The position numbers were made by a program, and so were the translations under genes. From the NCBI GenBank assembly GCA_964035545.1, contig OZ037766.1, positions 14,498,722 through 14,562,721 of the forward strand: 64,000 bases of DNA, in the 5' to 3' direction. The notes below the pieces were generated by a model. That model worked only from the letters and a program-made list of their open reading frames with translations, did not search any database and had not been told where the DNA came from. Below are positions 41,182 through 61,500 of this stretch, piece by piece. How positions within the stretch are numbered: position 1 is the first letter of the stretch; every line of letters starts with the position of its first letter. The DNA is from Bugula neritina (lineage: Eukaryota > Animalia > Bryozoa).

Positions 41182-42919
41182 GAAAAGAGCTGAAGAAAAT
41201 ACAGTTAACTTGTTATATACTATTTTTGTTCATTATACGTACCACAGAGCATCGCAGTATGGAAATCTTCTATAAAATTAGTCTTGTTGATTCCTGAATC
41301 ATTGTTACAGCTGAGTTTGTGTTTAGCCTTATTTTCGCGTCTGCATTTGAAATTGTCTATTTTTAGACCCCTTTTTGGTATATTGCTGAAACTAGACAGC
41401 TATTGTAATTGTCATTTCAAGTTTATGTATTAGCTGGTTATGTTTTGATGCGCCTAAATAGTAAATAAAATAATGCATGCCTATGATAGCAAATTGATCT
41501 TATTATTGTGTTATTTGTCTTTGAGCTTTCAGCGCCATATGATAATGTGTACTTAAAATGGTGACATGTTTAAATTTAATTCTCTTTTTGTATAAGAATA
41601 TATGTATTTATTATTTGCAAATTTTGTTATCTATTTTCATTTAAAGAATGTACAACAAAAATTTTTAAGAAACTGGCATTTAATATATTAACGATAATAA
41701 AGTATTTTATATCAAGTTGTTTGTTGTTTTTATTCTAACGTACAAAAATGATGTAAATGAAAAAGATAAATGTTATTGACGAGACCCAATGTACAATAGC
41801 ACAAGCCAACAATGGTTGAAAATTAATAATTGTGAATGCAGTCTTGTTTACATTTAGCTGTTTAGGAGTCCAGTTGAGTTTATTTATAAAAAATTACCAG
41901 CATGGATTGAATTTGGCAGCTTATTTTGCACCAGTGGACATTAGAAACAACTCTCTGATGAAGCTGCTGCAATTGTTGAAGTGCACAGAGTTTAGGAAAA
42001 TTGCTATGCGAAAAATGTGATGATTGAAAATTATAGGAAAGTTGTGTATTTACAGCCGCCCTACATTTACTTTAGAATGTATTTCTGAAAGTTACAAAAT
42101 GAAATTTTGCATAGATTTTTAGCAAGATTATTTACAAGTACTTTTTTTTTAAATTCCTCATTTTGGCTTCAACTTTAAATTTGAAGTAGTTTGAATACCA
42201 TCTCTAAACATGATCTCTTTTGTTCTTCAGATTGATTAGCCCAGCACTATAAACCTAGTATTTTATGTTTCCACGAATGACTTGCTGGAAATGCTACTAG
42301 TGGACTTGTTTGTTGTATATATCTTAATATTTTGTTTTAAAAAAAAACTTTCATGCAGAATTCATATTTTTCTGGGCACATACTCTGGAGTTCTAGTCTA
42401 CTTTAGATAAATTCATTTATTATTTGTTATTTCAAACACTTTTGTATTGAAATAACATAATTGTGGCTTATGACACATTTCATTATCAAAAATAGTGAGA
42501 TTCTATTGTGGTGTTGAATATATATGTTCTTATAGTATAGCTGTGGACAATTTAGCAGCTATCTATATAAATTGTAGATATTTTCATACACTTTTAATGA
42601 ACAAATTTATTCCTACAGCCTTTATTAGTCATAGAAAGCATTGAGGTGACATGTTAAGTTCTCTAAGTTGCTATAAAGGAAGTCATGATAAAGTGGTTAT
42701 TGTAAGGATTAAAGAAAGCAAGGTGTACTCTCTGGTTTAACACATACTGTTTGCTACATCTGCATATTTTATTATGAGTAGAACGTTGCTCAAAGTTACA
42801 AACTGCTATATTTTAAGATCTCAGCAAAATATAAGGAAATGTTATAAAAGTTAAGATTTCAACACTCTCACATTAATAATTTAGTAAAATTTGCTATTGA
42901 AACAATTCTGTACTTCTAG

Positions 42920-49659
<6,740 letters not shown>

Positions 49660-49940
49660 TTTGGTAGGCTGCTCTCAATCTATCCGCAAACATAAAAGAG
49701 CCAATGTAAGTATCCGGTGTTGCTTTTTATTTTTCAGCGGGAATACAATCATCAGCGTGTAAAAACGCGAACAATTGAACTTTATTCAACCACCTATGAA
49801 TATAATATTAATTGTATTTTTATCTGCCTAAATTTGTTTCTTTTGTGATGAATATCAATTCTAAAATAGAATCGGATCAGTGTAGTGAATTAAGTGGTTG
49901 CGCTTTTCAGTTCATCACTAGCTTAGGATTGGAGCAGGTG
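49660..49940. promoter_or_regulatory. Putative bidirectional promoter shared by NDUFS8 (-) and the SNAPC5-like gene (+)
   Basis: NDUFS8 ATG at 49659 and a plus-strand donor (CAG|GTGTAAGT) at ~49938 are ~280 bp apart. The segment is CpG-richer than its surroundings and has CCAAT at 49702. Inferred; no TSS data. Confidence 0.6.
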
Positions 49941-49949
49941 TAAGTTAAT

Positions 49950-50380
49950 CACATTGAGTTTGACTTTGAGTTTGACATTCACTTTGACTGAAACTAAAAG
50001 TAAAATTTTAAGTTTGACTTTAAGTTTAACTTTAAGCTTAAGTTAAACTTAAAGTTAATGTAAATGTTCAACTTTGAGTTTCAGTGTGAGTTCGTCTTTA
50101 AGCTTAACGTTATGAGTTTATCATTATTAACTTTATTATCTTCAACTTTAGGGTTTACTCATAACCATTATGATTATGATTATGAAAATCTCAATCTGAA
50201 TCGGCTATTAAATTTAATCAATAAATTTAATCATTATCATTATGATTTAGATTATTCATAATTCATTCTGATAGCAGTATCAGTATGATAGTGATAACCA
50301 TTAGACATTAGTTTTAAACTTTGAAGCTATAAAGTTTAACTTTATCATCATGATCACTCATATGATCACAATGACAAGAC
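49950..50380. repeat. Drifting period-6 tract in the first intron of the SNAPC5-like gene
   Basis: tttgag tttgac attcac tttgac ... tttaag tttgac tttaag tttaac tttaag cttaag ttaaac ttaaag ... tatgat tatgat tatgaa. Confidence 0.85.
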
Positions 50381-50636
50381 GGTAAGCGGCTCGACAATGG
50401 CTGTTTTTAAGCTCATAGTTCTCCAAACAGGTCGATGTTTACCTGCAGGCTGCCGGCCCTTCCTCTAGTTATACATTCTCATTTTAGTTCTTTTAGAGTG
50501 TAAAACTTGTTGCTTCTCACTAAATTTGTTTTTCTTCCATTTGGTTTTATCAAGTTCAACATCCTTAAAGTTCGTAAGTTATATAATATTCAGAATTATC
50601 CTGGACTTCCACGTGCTCATATAAATCAAAAGCAAT

Positions 50637-51655
50637 ATGAATGAATTTGCTCAAGTAAATGCAGAAGATTTTGATGGCCAGCAAAATGTATCATACAATA
50701 TTAAAGATCTAAAAAAAGAAGAAGAAATACTCTCAAGTCTCTACACCAAGGTATATGCTTTTTGCCAATTAAGCTAACATTGTTGACCCAATCAATACTG
50801 CATTGTTCAAGTGATAGATGTTTTGGGCATTAGAAGGTCTTTAAATGTTTTTGCAGTGAATTGTTATCAAAGTTTCTGATTTTAATAGATGAAAGACCAA
50901 CTTCATAAACTAGAAGTAGAAGAATTAGAGCTTAAACAAAAAATTCGTAGAAAAGAACTGAAAGAGACCACAGCTGAGTTGTTTCCACCACCCCCACCTG
51001 CCCCAGAACCTTCTAAAACTGAACAAAGCAAACGGTCAACTAAAGGTGGCAAGTTTGTTTTGTCCTGCATCAACTAGTTTCATCAATTTGAGCACCAGCA
51101 ACATTTTATGAATTCAGCTCAATGACATTTAAAAAATATTTTAATTTTTGTTTTAGGAAAGTCTAAGCAAAAAAGAAAGCGTAATTATACTTCCTCATTA
51201 TCACATGATGAAGACGCGAGTGAGTTAGATGACTCTATGTCAGTAGCATCTGGTATAAGTTATCCATCACCAGCCAGCACTCTCTCTGTAAAATCAACCC
51301 CAACTCGAAAAATGCTTAAAAGTACTTGCGGCTCAAGTAAGTGCTCATTTCACAAAGAAGCAATATTCACACAGTTGAAGCAATTTTCATGACCATGTTC
51401 CATCTTAAGACTATGACAGGGTTTTCGAGTAGACCTCTTTTGTGCTTCGCAAATATATAGCTCTACTCTTCAAGTATAATACAAGTTCTTTTTCATTTTT
51501 TTACAGATTCACCCAAAAAATTTAAAGCTGCCAGAAATTTGACCATCCCGATGACTGAACCTGACAAGTTTGGTACTGAGTTGAACCTTTCTGCCCTGAA
51601 TGCATTGTCTCTGCCAGATTTTGCTCAATCGAGTGAAAGTGAAGATGAACATTGA
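50637..51655 (+). CDS. SNAPC5: snRNA-activating protein complex subunit 5 (SNAP19)-like, ~199 aa, 4 coding exons
   Basis: Exons 50637-50750, 50889-51045 (or 51048), 51157-51336 and 51507-51655. IKDLKKEEEILSSLYTKMKDQLHKLEVEELELKQKI matches the SNAPC5 coiled coil (L.KEEE.L......DQL..L.VEEL.L); the C-terminus has TELNLS and an acidic tail. Confidence 0.75.
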
Positions 51656-52631
51656 CATTTTACTAATTTACCTACTGTAATATCTTAAGTAAAGTACAAC
51701 TATGTTCACTCAAAAGTTTGTTGTTTAATATATTGTAAATGTGTTGTAACATTTTCTATATAAATCATACATGTCTTCTGCAAAGTATTTCATAGCATAT
51801 TTTTGTATTTGTGCTATAAATTGTTACATAAGAATTTATTTTTATAAGTATTTAAAATACATGTTGATTTCAATACAATTTACCTAGCGATGTTTGGTTA
51901 CAGATCCCTCTTTTTGAAAATAGGCTTTAGTGTATAAAAGGCAAAAAACGCAAATTTACTAATAAATTTTATGCCAGCCCATTGATTAAGCTGTGTGAAG
52001 AGTAGCATGCAACAAAAGTCAGCAATAATTAGTATTTTTCAAATGGCCCAGACTCCAAAGCCTACTGAAATCGTCATCAGCATGAGCACAAAATATATTG
52101 TAAAATAAAATTGTTTGAGCAGACTGGAGGTGATAGCTAAGATGCCCATATATATGAATAATTCAATACTGCATAAATGAAGTGTGCCGGTAATTCTTCA
52201 ACAGCTCATTATTTACATTTCTACTGCAAAATATACTCACGATCTTGACAAAATTAATTCACCTCACTATGGGGAAGTTTATATGATCCATGAACAGCAC
52301 ATTTATCACAAAAAATTGAAAATCCATTTCATTGTTATGATCTTCATTAAAATGCTTACATTGATATAATCACCAAGAGTAAGAAATAATGCAGTTATTT
52401 TTGATTGCTGTGATGAAAAATGCATTTAGTTCTGCTACTCTCAACTACTGCAGTTTCTGACATTCTAGAGTGTTATGCTTCAATTTCTTTTTTGTATCTA
52501 TAACCAGCCATGTTAATTGGCTGTAAAGTGGGAAGAGTACAGAATAGAATAATTTATTATTTCTTAGCAGATGTCTGAATGTGTGTATATGTATGTTGCA
52601 TGTTACTATTGCAATTGGCCATTGTTTTTAG

Positions 52632-54840
52632 AAGAGATTTGCAAAGTAAACATGCAGACAGCAAAGGGCACCTGCTTTCTACTCCACGTAATGTGCTATT
52701 GAGAATAATTAAAGATGTGGGCAAGCTTGCTGAGTTATTGTGAGTATTAATAATTAGCAAAACATACTAAATTATTGATCTTATTAGTTATTGAAAAAGT
52801 TTGTAGTTGGGTTTGGTTACTCAAAGCTGTTTGATAAAAAGCATTAGGCATAAGACTTTGCTAGTTTTCAGCTTTTAATACAATCAATTCTAAATTTGTT
52901 TTAAAGTATTATATTGGAAAAGTTTCATTATTTGTTGATGGTAATTGCATTTTGCCTGTAACTATTATTATTGATTGTAGTCAGGAGAAGAATGAAGTTA
53001 GAGATGGTGTGCCTGAATTTGCTGATACAGAGAGAGCAACTCTGAGGCTTGTGCTCAGTGATATACTGATCCATTTGACTCATTTGTCACAGAAATGTCA
53101 TGTTGATCTGTCTAGAGCAGTGCTGGACAAGTTTCATCACAATGCTGCCAAGTATCCTGCTGCCCAGGTTTATGGCTCTTCAAAGAAATACAATGAATAT
53201 CCGGAGAACAATCACAAGTATGTCTCTATTTTTAGCCGCATTTTTGCCGTTCATACTATGTTTTAATGTCTTTGTGCTAGCTCTTGTGTGAAGTACCTTA
53301 TGCTTTTATTTTAGTAGTTTTATTAGTCTATAACTCTTGATAACTAAAAAGCACTTGAAAGATCGCATTCATATGTATATGGCCAAATGTAATATTGGAG
53401 TATCTTAGTTTTATAGAGTGATACATTTCAACCAGAGTTGCTACAACAGATATGTGTTGGGGTGTAATACTAAAGCCATTCATAACTTGGCAAAGCAACT
53501 GTCCAAAGGATTAATACTGTAGTAATGGTTTATAGAGGATATCACATTCCTCGAGTTCTTAATGAGTCGAAGCTGTTGTAATTAGCTCTATTGTTTATGT
53601 ATAGGAGAAGGGGGCTATTTATAGGAATGTTGTTGTCAATAGATTGACACTTTTTTGTTTTGTTTTTTATTATATGTTTTAGTGTTTTTATGTATATAAT
53701 AAAAGTATCATGTTGATAGTTGAGCACCGGTGTGTTGGCGTTTACAGTTCAGAGCAGTTTCTTATTTACTACAAGAATTTGAAGTTTACTTGAATTCTAT
53801 TATAGGTCTTCTGTGGAGAGTGTGTTGAGTAATGAAAATGGCAGAGGAGATCTCGTGGACAACTTTAATGGATTACATGGACAGATTTTTAAGTTCAAGA
53901 GTAATCTCGATATTGACCGCATGTAAGTGTTAGTTGTACAAAGTTGCTTACATTCTACCCATTAACATATGTGTTTAGGTTCCAAAATTATGTTTTATAC
54001 CTACTCCTGGATCATACAATAATATTCTATTCAACTTCTTGTCTCGCTGACTTTGAATTTTACAGTAACCATTAATCAAGTGCTTTTTGTTTCTATCATA
54101 GAAGGGAGATACAGAGCAAGTTTGTTGCTGATCGTAACTGGCATCAATTTCACACTCCTCGCAATGTGCTGTTTGCTATGACTGGAGAAGTGGGCGAGCT
54201 TTCCGAATTGTTGTAAGTGACCGATATTTTCTTTCTAATGTCCATTAATGCTTCACCTTTTATGTCATAAGTAATAAGGCAATAGTTAATAAGTTTTCTT
54301 TATCATCTGATTTTTAAGAACAGATTTCAGTTGAGGTATGAAGGATACCTGTTTGACTCGTATTACTAACTAATTGTGTTTAACCGTCATGCAATTGATA
54401 CATCTCTTGTTTGACCATATATATAGAAATTATCACAACATGCACGTTAAGGTCTTTTTTTAAAAAAAATAAGCTTTCATCTGATTTGTACCTTGGTGAG
54501 GGTAATTGATTTATGGTAAAAAACTTCATGAAATAATTTTTATTGTAAAACTTTCAGATCAATCAGACACTTTTAGACTTATCATCATTTGTTTCACGAT
54601 GATCAATCGAGTAATAATGGAACATTGCTAGCTAGAAATTGTAAAAACTAATCTGTAAAAAATTTTAGTCAGTGGAAAGAAAATGTAAGAGAAGGAGTGC
54701 CAGAGTTTTCTGCAAAGGAGAAGAAGAATTTGGAGCACGAGCTGAGCGATGTGTTGATATATTTGATACGTCTGTCTCAGATCTGTCATGTTGATCTGCC
54801 TCTGGCTGTACTGGACAACTTCCAGTGCAGCTCCCCTTAA
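52632..54840 (+). CDS. DCTPP1: dCTP pyrophosphatase 1-like protein with two tandem MazG-type domains (start exon unresolved)
   Basis: In-phase exons 52632-52739, 52981-53217, 53806-53922, 54102-54212 and 54669-54840. Domain 2 is canonical: FVADRNWHQFHTPRNVLFAMTGEVGELSELFQW..LEHELSDVLIYLIRLSQICHVDLPLAV. Domain 1 is degenerate. Confidence 0.9.
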
Positions 54841-55109
54841 CTGCCTCTTATCCAGACCATTCAACTCTGCAGCTACGCATCAACTTGTGATAAGACATTA
54901 TATTTTCAGTAGGATTGTTTATATTTTAGCATAATAACATAGTAACAAATCAGGTATTTTTTTGCATATAATTGTATAATTTTTAGTAAAAAAAAATTTC
55001 CAGTCAAATATTTTTACTAAGGTAAGCAGCCAGTTGCTTAGTGTTATGTAAGTTCTACAAACTTATGTTATGTACAAAATAAAGTCTTGAACACTGGCAC
55101 GTCTCAACG

Positions 55110-57220
55110 TTACTTCTTGCCCTTCTTTCCTTTTTTATTTTTCTGTTTAAGAGCCTTTCTGACTTTGTAAGATCTCCACACTGCTTGTATAGTTGTAGCG
55201 GCTTTTATCATTAACAACATTTCTCTCTCTGCGGTCTCTCTCTCCTCTTTAGCTTTATTCTTTGCCTCAGTGATGGTCTTATACTCTCCCTGTTTATAGA
55301 AATTATTTATTGCAACAAACTGGATGATAATGACAAAATAATCGTGGCAAAATACAATGCATAAGAGTATTATGCTCTTTCTCTCCCTTGACTAGTGCTA
55401 AAAATGCCATATTTTGTTACACACCTCGAGAGTCTTAAATCTTTCATCCAGTTCATTTAGCTGTTTCTTTTCTTCTGTATATACAGCGTCTATCTCTTCA
55501 TATTCGTCTTGCTTCTCTCCCATATCTTGATCAAACTTTTGTATCCAGTTTTCAACTTCAGTCTCAATTTTCCACTTTTTCTGCAAACAGCAACTAATTT
55601 AGAAATTTTGTACATTGCACAACAACTTTAAATGTTGCATTCTCCCAAGTCCATAATTATGTGTAGTCAAAGCAATTTGGCAATAAAAAATTATGAATAA
55701 GTTCAACTGCACTGTACATTTCTCCTAGTTTCCATATATGCTGTTGATTTATTTACAATTGCAGATTTTGAGCTTTTGTAAAAAGTTTTCCAACAAAATT
55801 TTCATCCCAAGATAATACTAGATATCTGTTCTTGTGCTTTCTATCTCGCATTGATCATAATTACCCGTCTTAAGGTTTGCTCTTCTTCTCGATGCTCAGT
55901 CGTCAGGTTGTCGTGTTTGGCTTTTAGCTCGTTCAGCTCGGCCATTAGCTTCTCCTTTTTGCCCTCACTGTTTTTGGAGTCCGCAGTTTCTTGTTTCTCA
56001 GCTTCAGTTTTAGTTCTCTTAATACCTTCTTCTGTAGCTTTTTCCAGCATGTGAAGGTCATTCTACAGTTGGATAAAGTATATTATGCTATATTCTATTT
56101 CTGATATAAAACAACATATATGGCCCATAACATATCAGGATACTGATATTTGTCCATGTCAACAAACCTGCAACTTTCGAATGACATCATTTTTTAGTCT
56201 AATATCATGGTCTTTGTCTTCATTAGCCACTTTTAACTCCTCTTCAAGTGTCTCAATAATTCCTGCATTTTGACGTTCTTGAGCCGACACCTACAACCGT
56301 CATGCACAACATGAATATGCTTTTATTTCAATTGTGAAAGTTGAAGATGTTTCCTGAATCACATTTTATGTGGCATGAAAGAATGTAGTAATAGCTATAG
56401 TATTACATTTTAGAAAGAGATATCACTCTAACTTTGATTGAAAATTCATTACAAGTACCTGTGATAGATAGCGCATCTTTTCTTTCTCCTCAAGGGGAGT
56501 CATGAGCAACTTTTCCATGAGAATATCTTTCAATTCATTTAGTTGAGTTAGAAAAAACATTCCTTCTCTTGATTTGCTGGTACCGACTTCACTTAAAATA
56601 AGATTATCAACACCAGGATTCATATTTAAGACTCTCATCAGATTTTTGATGCTAATTTGAAGCTCTAGCTCAACAAATTTTATTTGAGATGAAAGGCTCT
56701 CTAGCTGTTCATTCAATGATACAGGTGCAGAGCTGTCTGGCATTCTAAATCGTCCACTACCTCTGCTAGATAGACTTCGAGAAGGAGGGCGGGAGTCTGG
56801 TGGAGAAGGAGCTTTTTCTGTAGTTTCATCTGTTTTTGAATTTTCTTTGCTGTTTTGCAAGTTGAGATCTGTGACTTTTTGTTCTAAAGTAACAAACCTA
56901 TCATAAATTTTCTTATGATTTCCTAAACATTCAGCAACTTCTTGTCCAGTCATGCTGCAAAACTTTTCTAGATTTTTCATGATATGCGGCAAAGCAGCAA
57001 CAATGTCACATTTTTTCTTTGTGTCTTCCAAGACACACATGACACGCTGTGATTCAATAGAAGTTAACTTCTTTCTGGCTGGCTCCAAAGCTCTGAGTGG
57101 ATCTAATTTAATTTTCTGTCTTCTGGCTGCTGCTGAAGGTGTTGTCCGTATGGCTTGATATCCTAAAGGCAACTTCATTTGAAGCGTCTCCATCGGTTGA
57201 ACTTCAGTTATTGTACTCAT
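55110..57220 (-). CDS. IQCD: Dynein regulatory complex subunit 10 / IQ domain-containing protein D, 5 coding exons
   Basis: Exons (-) 57220-56459, 56290-56168, 56062-55865, 55580-55425 and 55289-55110. Motifs [22 protein letters not shown] and [27 protein letters not shown], a C-terminal IQ motif [16 protein letters not shown] and a Lys/Gly tail. Confidence 0.93.
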
Positions 57221-57249
57221 GTTGATAAAGTGTTTAGCCCCGTCTAGAT

Positions 57250-57730
57250 GTCCTGGTGTAGAAATGATATTGTTATTGTAGTTCTACTTCGTCGTTGCAG
57301 GTGCTTTGTTGATGATGACGTCATATTTCCATAGCGATAGTTTATTAGCATGCTTTGTAGTCGCTCAAAAATTCTAAAAATCAAGTGTCTATAACGTATT
57401 TTACCGGGCTGTTTAAATGTAAACAAGATGTATAGAGAGATTTAGTAAAACAACTCCCAACATAACATATTTTTGTAACTTTTGTAGTCTTAGAATATTA
57501 GAATAAATATGCCCAAACGAAAGTGGGGTGCCTTCTTCAATCTACCTGAACAAGGCTATGTACTTTAAACCCGGAGTACTTTAATCGCTTCGCTCCTCTT
57601 GCATAAGAGCGGCTGCTGCTGACCGCAGAAACCACGGGATATCGAATTAGACATTAGCTTATATATTTCTAAGCTTTTCAACCTGTATTTTACAGAATTC
57701 TCTTGAATCGTAGCACTTGAACTTCACAGT
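57250..57730. promoter_or_regulatory. Putative bidirectional promoter of IQCD (-) and TPCN1 (+)
   Basis: CpG-richer ~500 bp segment between divergent genes; inferred from gene orientation only. Confidence 0.55.
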
Positions 57731-58505
57731 CTAAGTCACACTTACGGTTAGTGTTACAGTGTCAGTGTGAGTGACTCGGTGACAACGACTAACTCTAAAA
57801 GTACGGTTAAAGCCAAAGGCGATGCTCATGGTCGTACTCAATGACAATCTGAATCACAATGTCATAGTCATAGTGAGTATAAATTAATAATTGTTAACAA
57901 TATTATTATTAATGCTAATAGTAGTACTAAAAGTAAATCTAATACTAATAGTTACGCTTACAGTGACTGTGATCTGCGTAGCACTAGCAGTAGTGCACTA
58001 GTCATAGTGGAATGACTAGTGAGTATGAATAATCATAATGATAATGATCATGATGAATGAGGGATGTAAATGTGTAAACCATATTTATTGTATTCATAAT
58101 TATATAATTTATTACCATTTATATTATATTTGATGATATTAGTATTAATATAAGCATAACTTAACTATAGCTATAACAATCTTGGTATACTTATACTTAT
58201 AGGCATGGGTATAAATTAAAGATTGGCAGTGCTCACTAACTCTAAGACCTAAGTAGTCAGTATCAGCTTTAAGATTAAACGATTTATTCATTTCGAAATG
58301 TTAAACTTGCAGACTGCAAGACTAATCACTCACTTGAAAACTCTGACTCACCCTAACTAAAAGTAAATGCTAATGTGAGTGCAACACTTATAGTAGGTTT
58401 ACCTAATACTTATAATCACACTACTGTGTGCTCTGAAAATTTATTATAGAAATTATAATTAGTTCGTTGAAGCTAATGAGTAATGTAAATGACTGAGTCT
58501 AATGA
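57730..58505. repeat. Drifting period-6 tract just upstream of the first coding exon of TPCN1
   Basis: ctaagt cacact tacggt tagtgt tacagt gtcagt gtgagt gactcg ... aatcat aatgat aatgat catgat. Ends ~20 nt before the acceptor at 58524. Confidence 0.8.
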
Positions 58506-58588
58506 CTGTTGTCCAAATTTTTAGGTCAGGGTTACTCGATGATGTCCAGCAGCTTCGAAAATTGTCATAATTTAACCAAGTAACTCCT

Positions 58589-61500
58589 ATGGATTCGAAT
58601 GACAATTATGATACTTCATTACTTGTCAAACCACCAAGATCCTACTCAAATGGTAAAATTATCAATTTACAATTGAATTTAAATATTGACCAAAAAACTT
58701 AATTTTCAATATAAATATGATTTTGAATATGTTTCTTGTCTATGATAAATATTTAAATTAAGCTGAGGTTTGAATGGTAGTATTGCAGTAGCTTTCATTA
58801 AGATTCTTAAATTTTTTAATGCGTGTTGATCATTTAACTGTATCCAAATAAACATTTGTGAAGATCAATATGATGTACAGGAGAACAGAATAAGAGATTA
58901 AAACTATTACTTACCAACAGTCAAATTGAAACATTATGATGTTTTTATAAACTTGCTATGTTGCATTTACCTCTTAGAGACTTTAACTGTAACACTATCA
59001 TTTATAATAATCTCCTGAAGCTGAAATACAAATTGATCAATATTTTCTCTTTATAATCAACTGTGCTCTGGCTAGGTTACTAAAATGTATTCAGATGAAA
59101 TCTCAACTTATTAAACAAAAATTGAAGATTTTTTATTTTAACTTTAAAAAATTTTGGAAGCAGATTTTCAGATTTGTAATCCTATTACAAACTAGTTGAT
59201 GAATTTAGAGAGTTAAATATTTTGCAGTTGGTGATGATCAAGTCATCGAGGCTGGCAACATTGCAAGCAGCTCCTCACAGAGTCTTCAACATCTGTGGGG
59301 TGGGCAAGGCAATGACTTGAGTTACACACTCAGTCATCAAAGGAATAAAGAGCGATGGTTAATGAACTATCAGGAAGCTACAATATATTTAGAAGAAGGA
59401 GAAAATAATGAAAAATTTGATACTCATCCTAAAAGTCAAGCTGATGTTCCAGCTTATCTTATTGGTATTTTTAATTTGGTTTAGTAATAATGGTTATGTT
59501 TTTAAAGGTGCCATAATTATTCCAAGTTGACTGGTTATTTCTGCAGTGATAATGATAAAGTAGTCAACAAGCTGCTCTGTAAAAGTAGCTTTAAAATAGA
59601 AACTCACAAACAAGTAAAAATATGCCACACTTTGACTTATCTATAACCTTGTGATAATTAAATAATTTGAAAATGTTTAAAACTTCTGTGAGAGTTGAGG
59701 TTTCCTGACTTTTAGCCCGTTGAAAGGTTTCAGAGTGAGTTACTTGATTAAGTATTGTATACCGCAATGCTATATAATATGTATAAACAAACATTGCAGC
59801 ATATATGGGGGTCATTATTTTACCATTGTTTGTGGCTAAAATATTTATAAGGTTAAAAGCTCTATTATAAACACCTAAATTGCATTTTAAAACAAGTTTT
59901 ACATTTTATAACTATCAAGCCCTTGGATTTTTTTTGAGGGGTAGAGCACAACTGCTTCATCTTGAGCCACTGTTACTAGTTGCTGTTTTGAAAGAACAAA
60001 TTACTAACTATTCATTATTATAGCCATTTGCATAATATAAGGTAATAATTTACTGCATGTCATTTGGCTAAAATTGGTAATCCTAAAATCCTGTTTCTAA
60101 TTTTGTTATGATAGATTTTTGCTCTAGCGGTGTTATTATTAGCAAACTTTAATTCTCTATCTACATATAGGCCTATGTATAACTGGCCAAACATTTGATG
60201 GCTGAAGAACTTTATAAGCAATTTGTGATTATATAGATGGTACTTTTGTCTTGTAGCTCATCACCCCTTCTTTCATGTGGTGGACATACTTGCCTCTCTG
60301 CTGTTACTTTCCCTGGCAGTTATAGAAAAACCAGCAGTCAACCATATACAAGTTCCTATCTATGTAATTATTCATTTTCCAGCTTTTCCTGTCATTAGAT
60401 TTTTTCTATACTACAATAACCGCCTACCACAATGTCTTCAATGCCTTTTCTGCTTTTCTGATATGAACACATTATTAATTTAATTAACAAATGGCTGTTT
60501 TACATCAGTTTCGAAAGTGGTTAACTACAGTGCAACTTTTTATGAGTTCTTTATCTTCTAGTATTTGCTACAATTTTAGATACACGCATCCCTAGAGCTG
60601 CTAGGAATAACTATTCTCACAATAGATCTCATTGTTAAAGTAAGATGGCAGGGAATTCAAACGTTTCTCACTCACAAGCGTACTCTTCTGAAAGTAAGAA
60701 GATTTCAGTAATATTTTCTTTCAAATTTTAAAACATGCCTCCCAAACTAGTCTATTAGTCTTTTGTATTTCTAATATAAAGTCAGCTTTTGTGTTGTGCA
60801 ATTATTAGACAATCATTTAGTCATCACGTCATTTAAAATGTGGTCAAAGTATTTTTATACATTTGTTCTAGTTTTCATGCTTTTTTAGAGAAATGCTTTT
60901 ATGATAAATTCAGGACTTTTATAGAAAACTTTAAAATGAGTTTCTTTAACATCTCATTGTTTATTATACCTGTGGAGAACTATTTGTTGTCTCTTCTACA
61001 TGGTTTTAGTTATTTTTGATATAAAAATACTTTAATTATATTAATCCAATGGATTTAGTAGATATAAGAATGAAACTTATTTTCAACTAGTTTGCATTCA
61101 ATGTTGAATTAATTTTATTACAAACACAAGTTGTTAAATTTGAAAAATCTTTACCAAAATTATTTTCAATTAGCACGAAAGTGGTTCAAAGGTCACTTGC
61201 TGTCATAAAGTTTGTCGAATGTGCAACTCCTGTAGCTTACATTTTATAAGACATTGAGATTTTTTTTTCCAATTGCTTAAAATTATACTTTATATCGATT
61301 TAGAGATATTTGGGATAACTGTAGACATCACTTCAGCGATTTTCAACTGATAGAATCAGTTTCATATCCCCTGGCCATACCTTGTGAGATGGCTGACACA
61401 TGTTATCAACTATTTAAGATTATTCTTGTCTTTGTTTCTAGGGAACTATGATTGATAGCAGATATATGTAGTTCACCATAACATTTTCCCTTCTAATTAA

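Noticed and set aside
52008-52600. Candidate first coding exons for DCTPP1 (ATG 52043 MAQTPKPTE.. and others)
   Set aside because: No candidate has a convincing phase-2 donor to join exon 52632; left unresolved.
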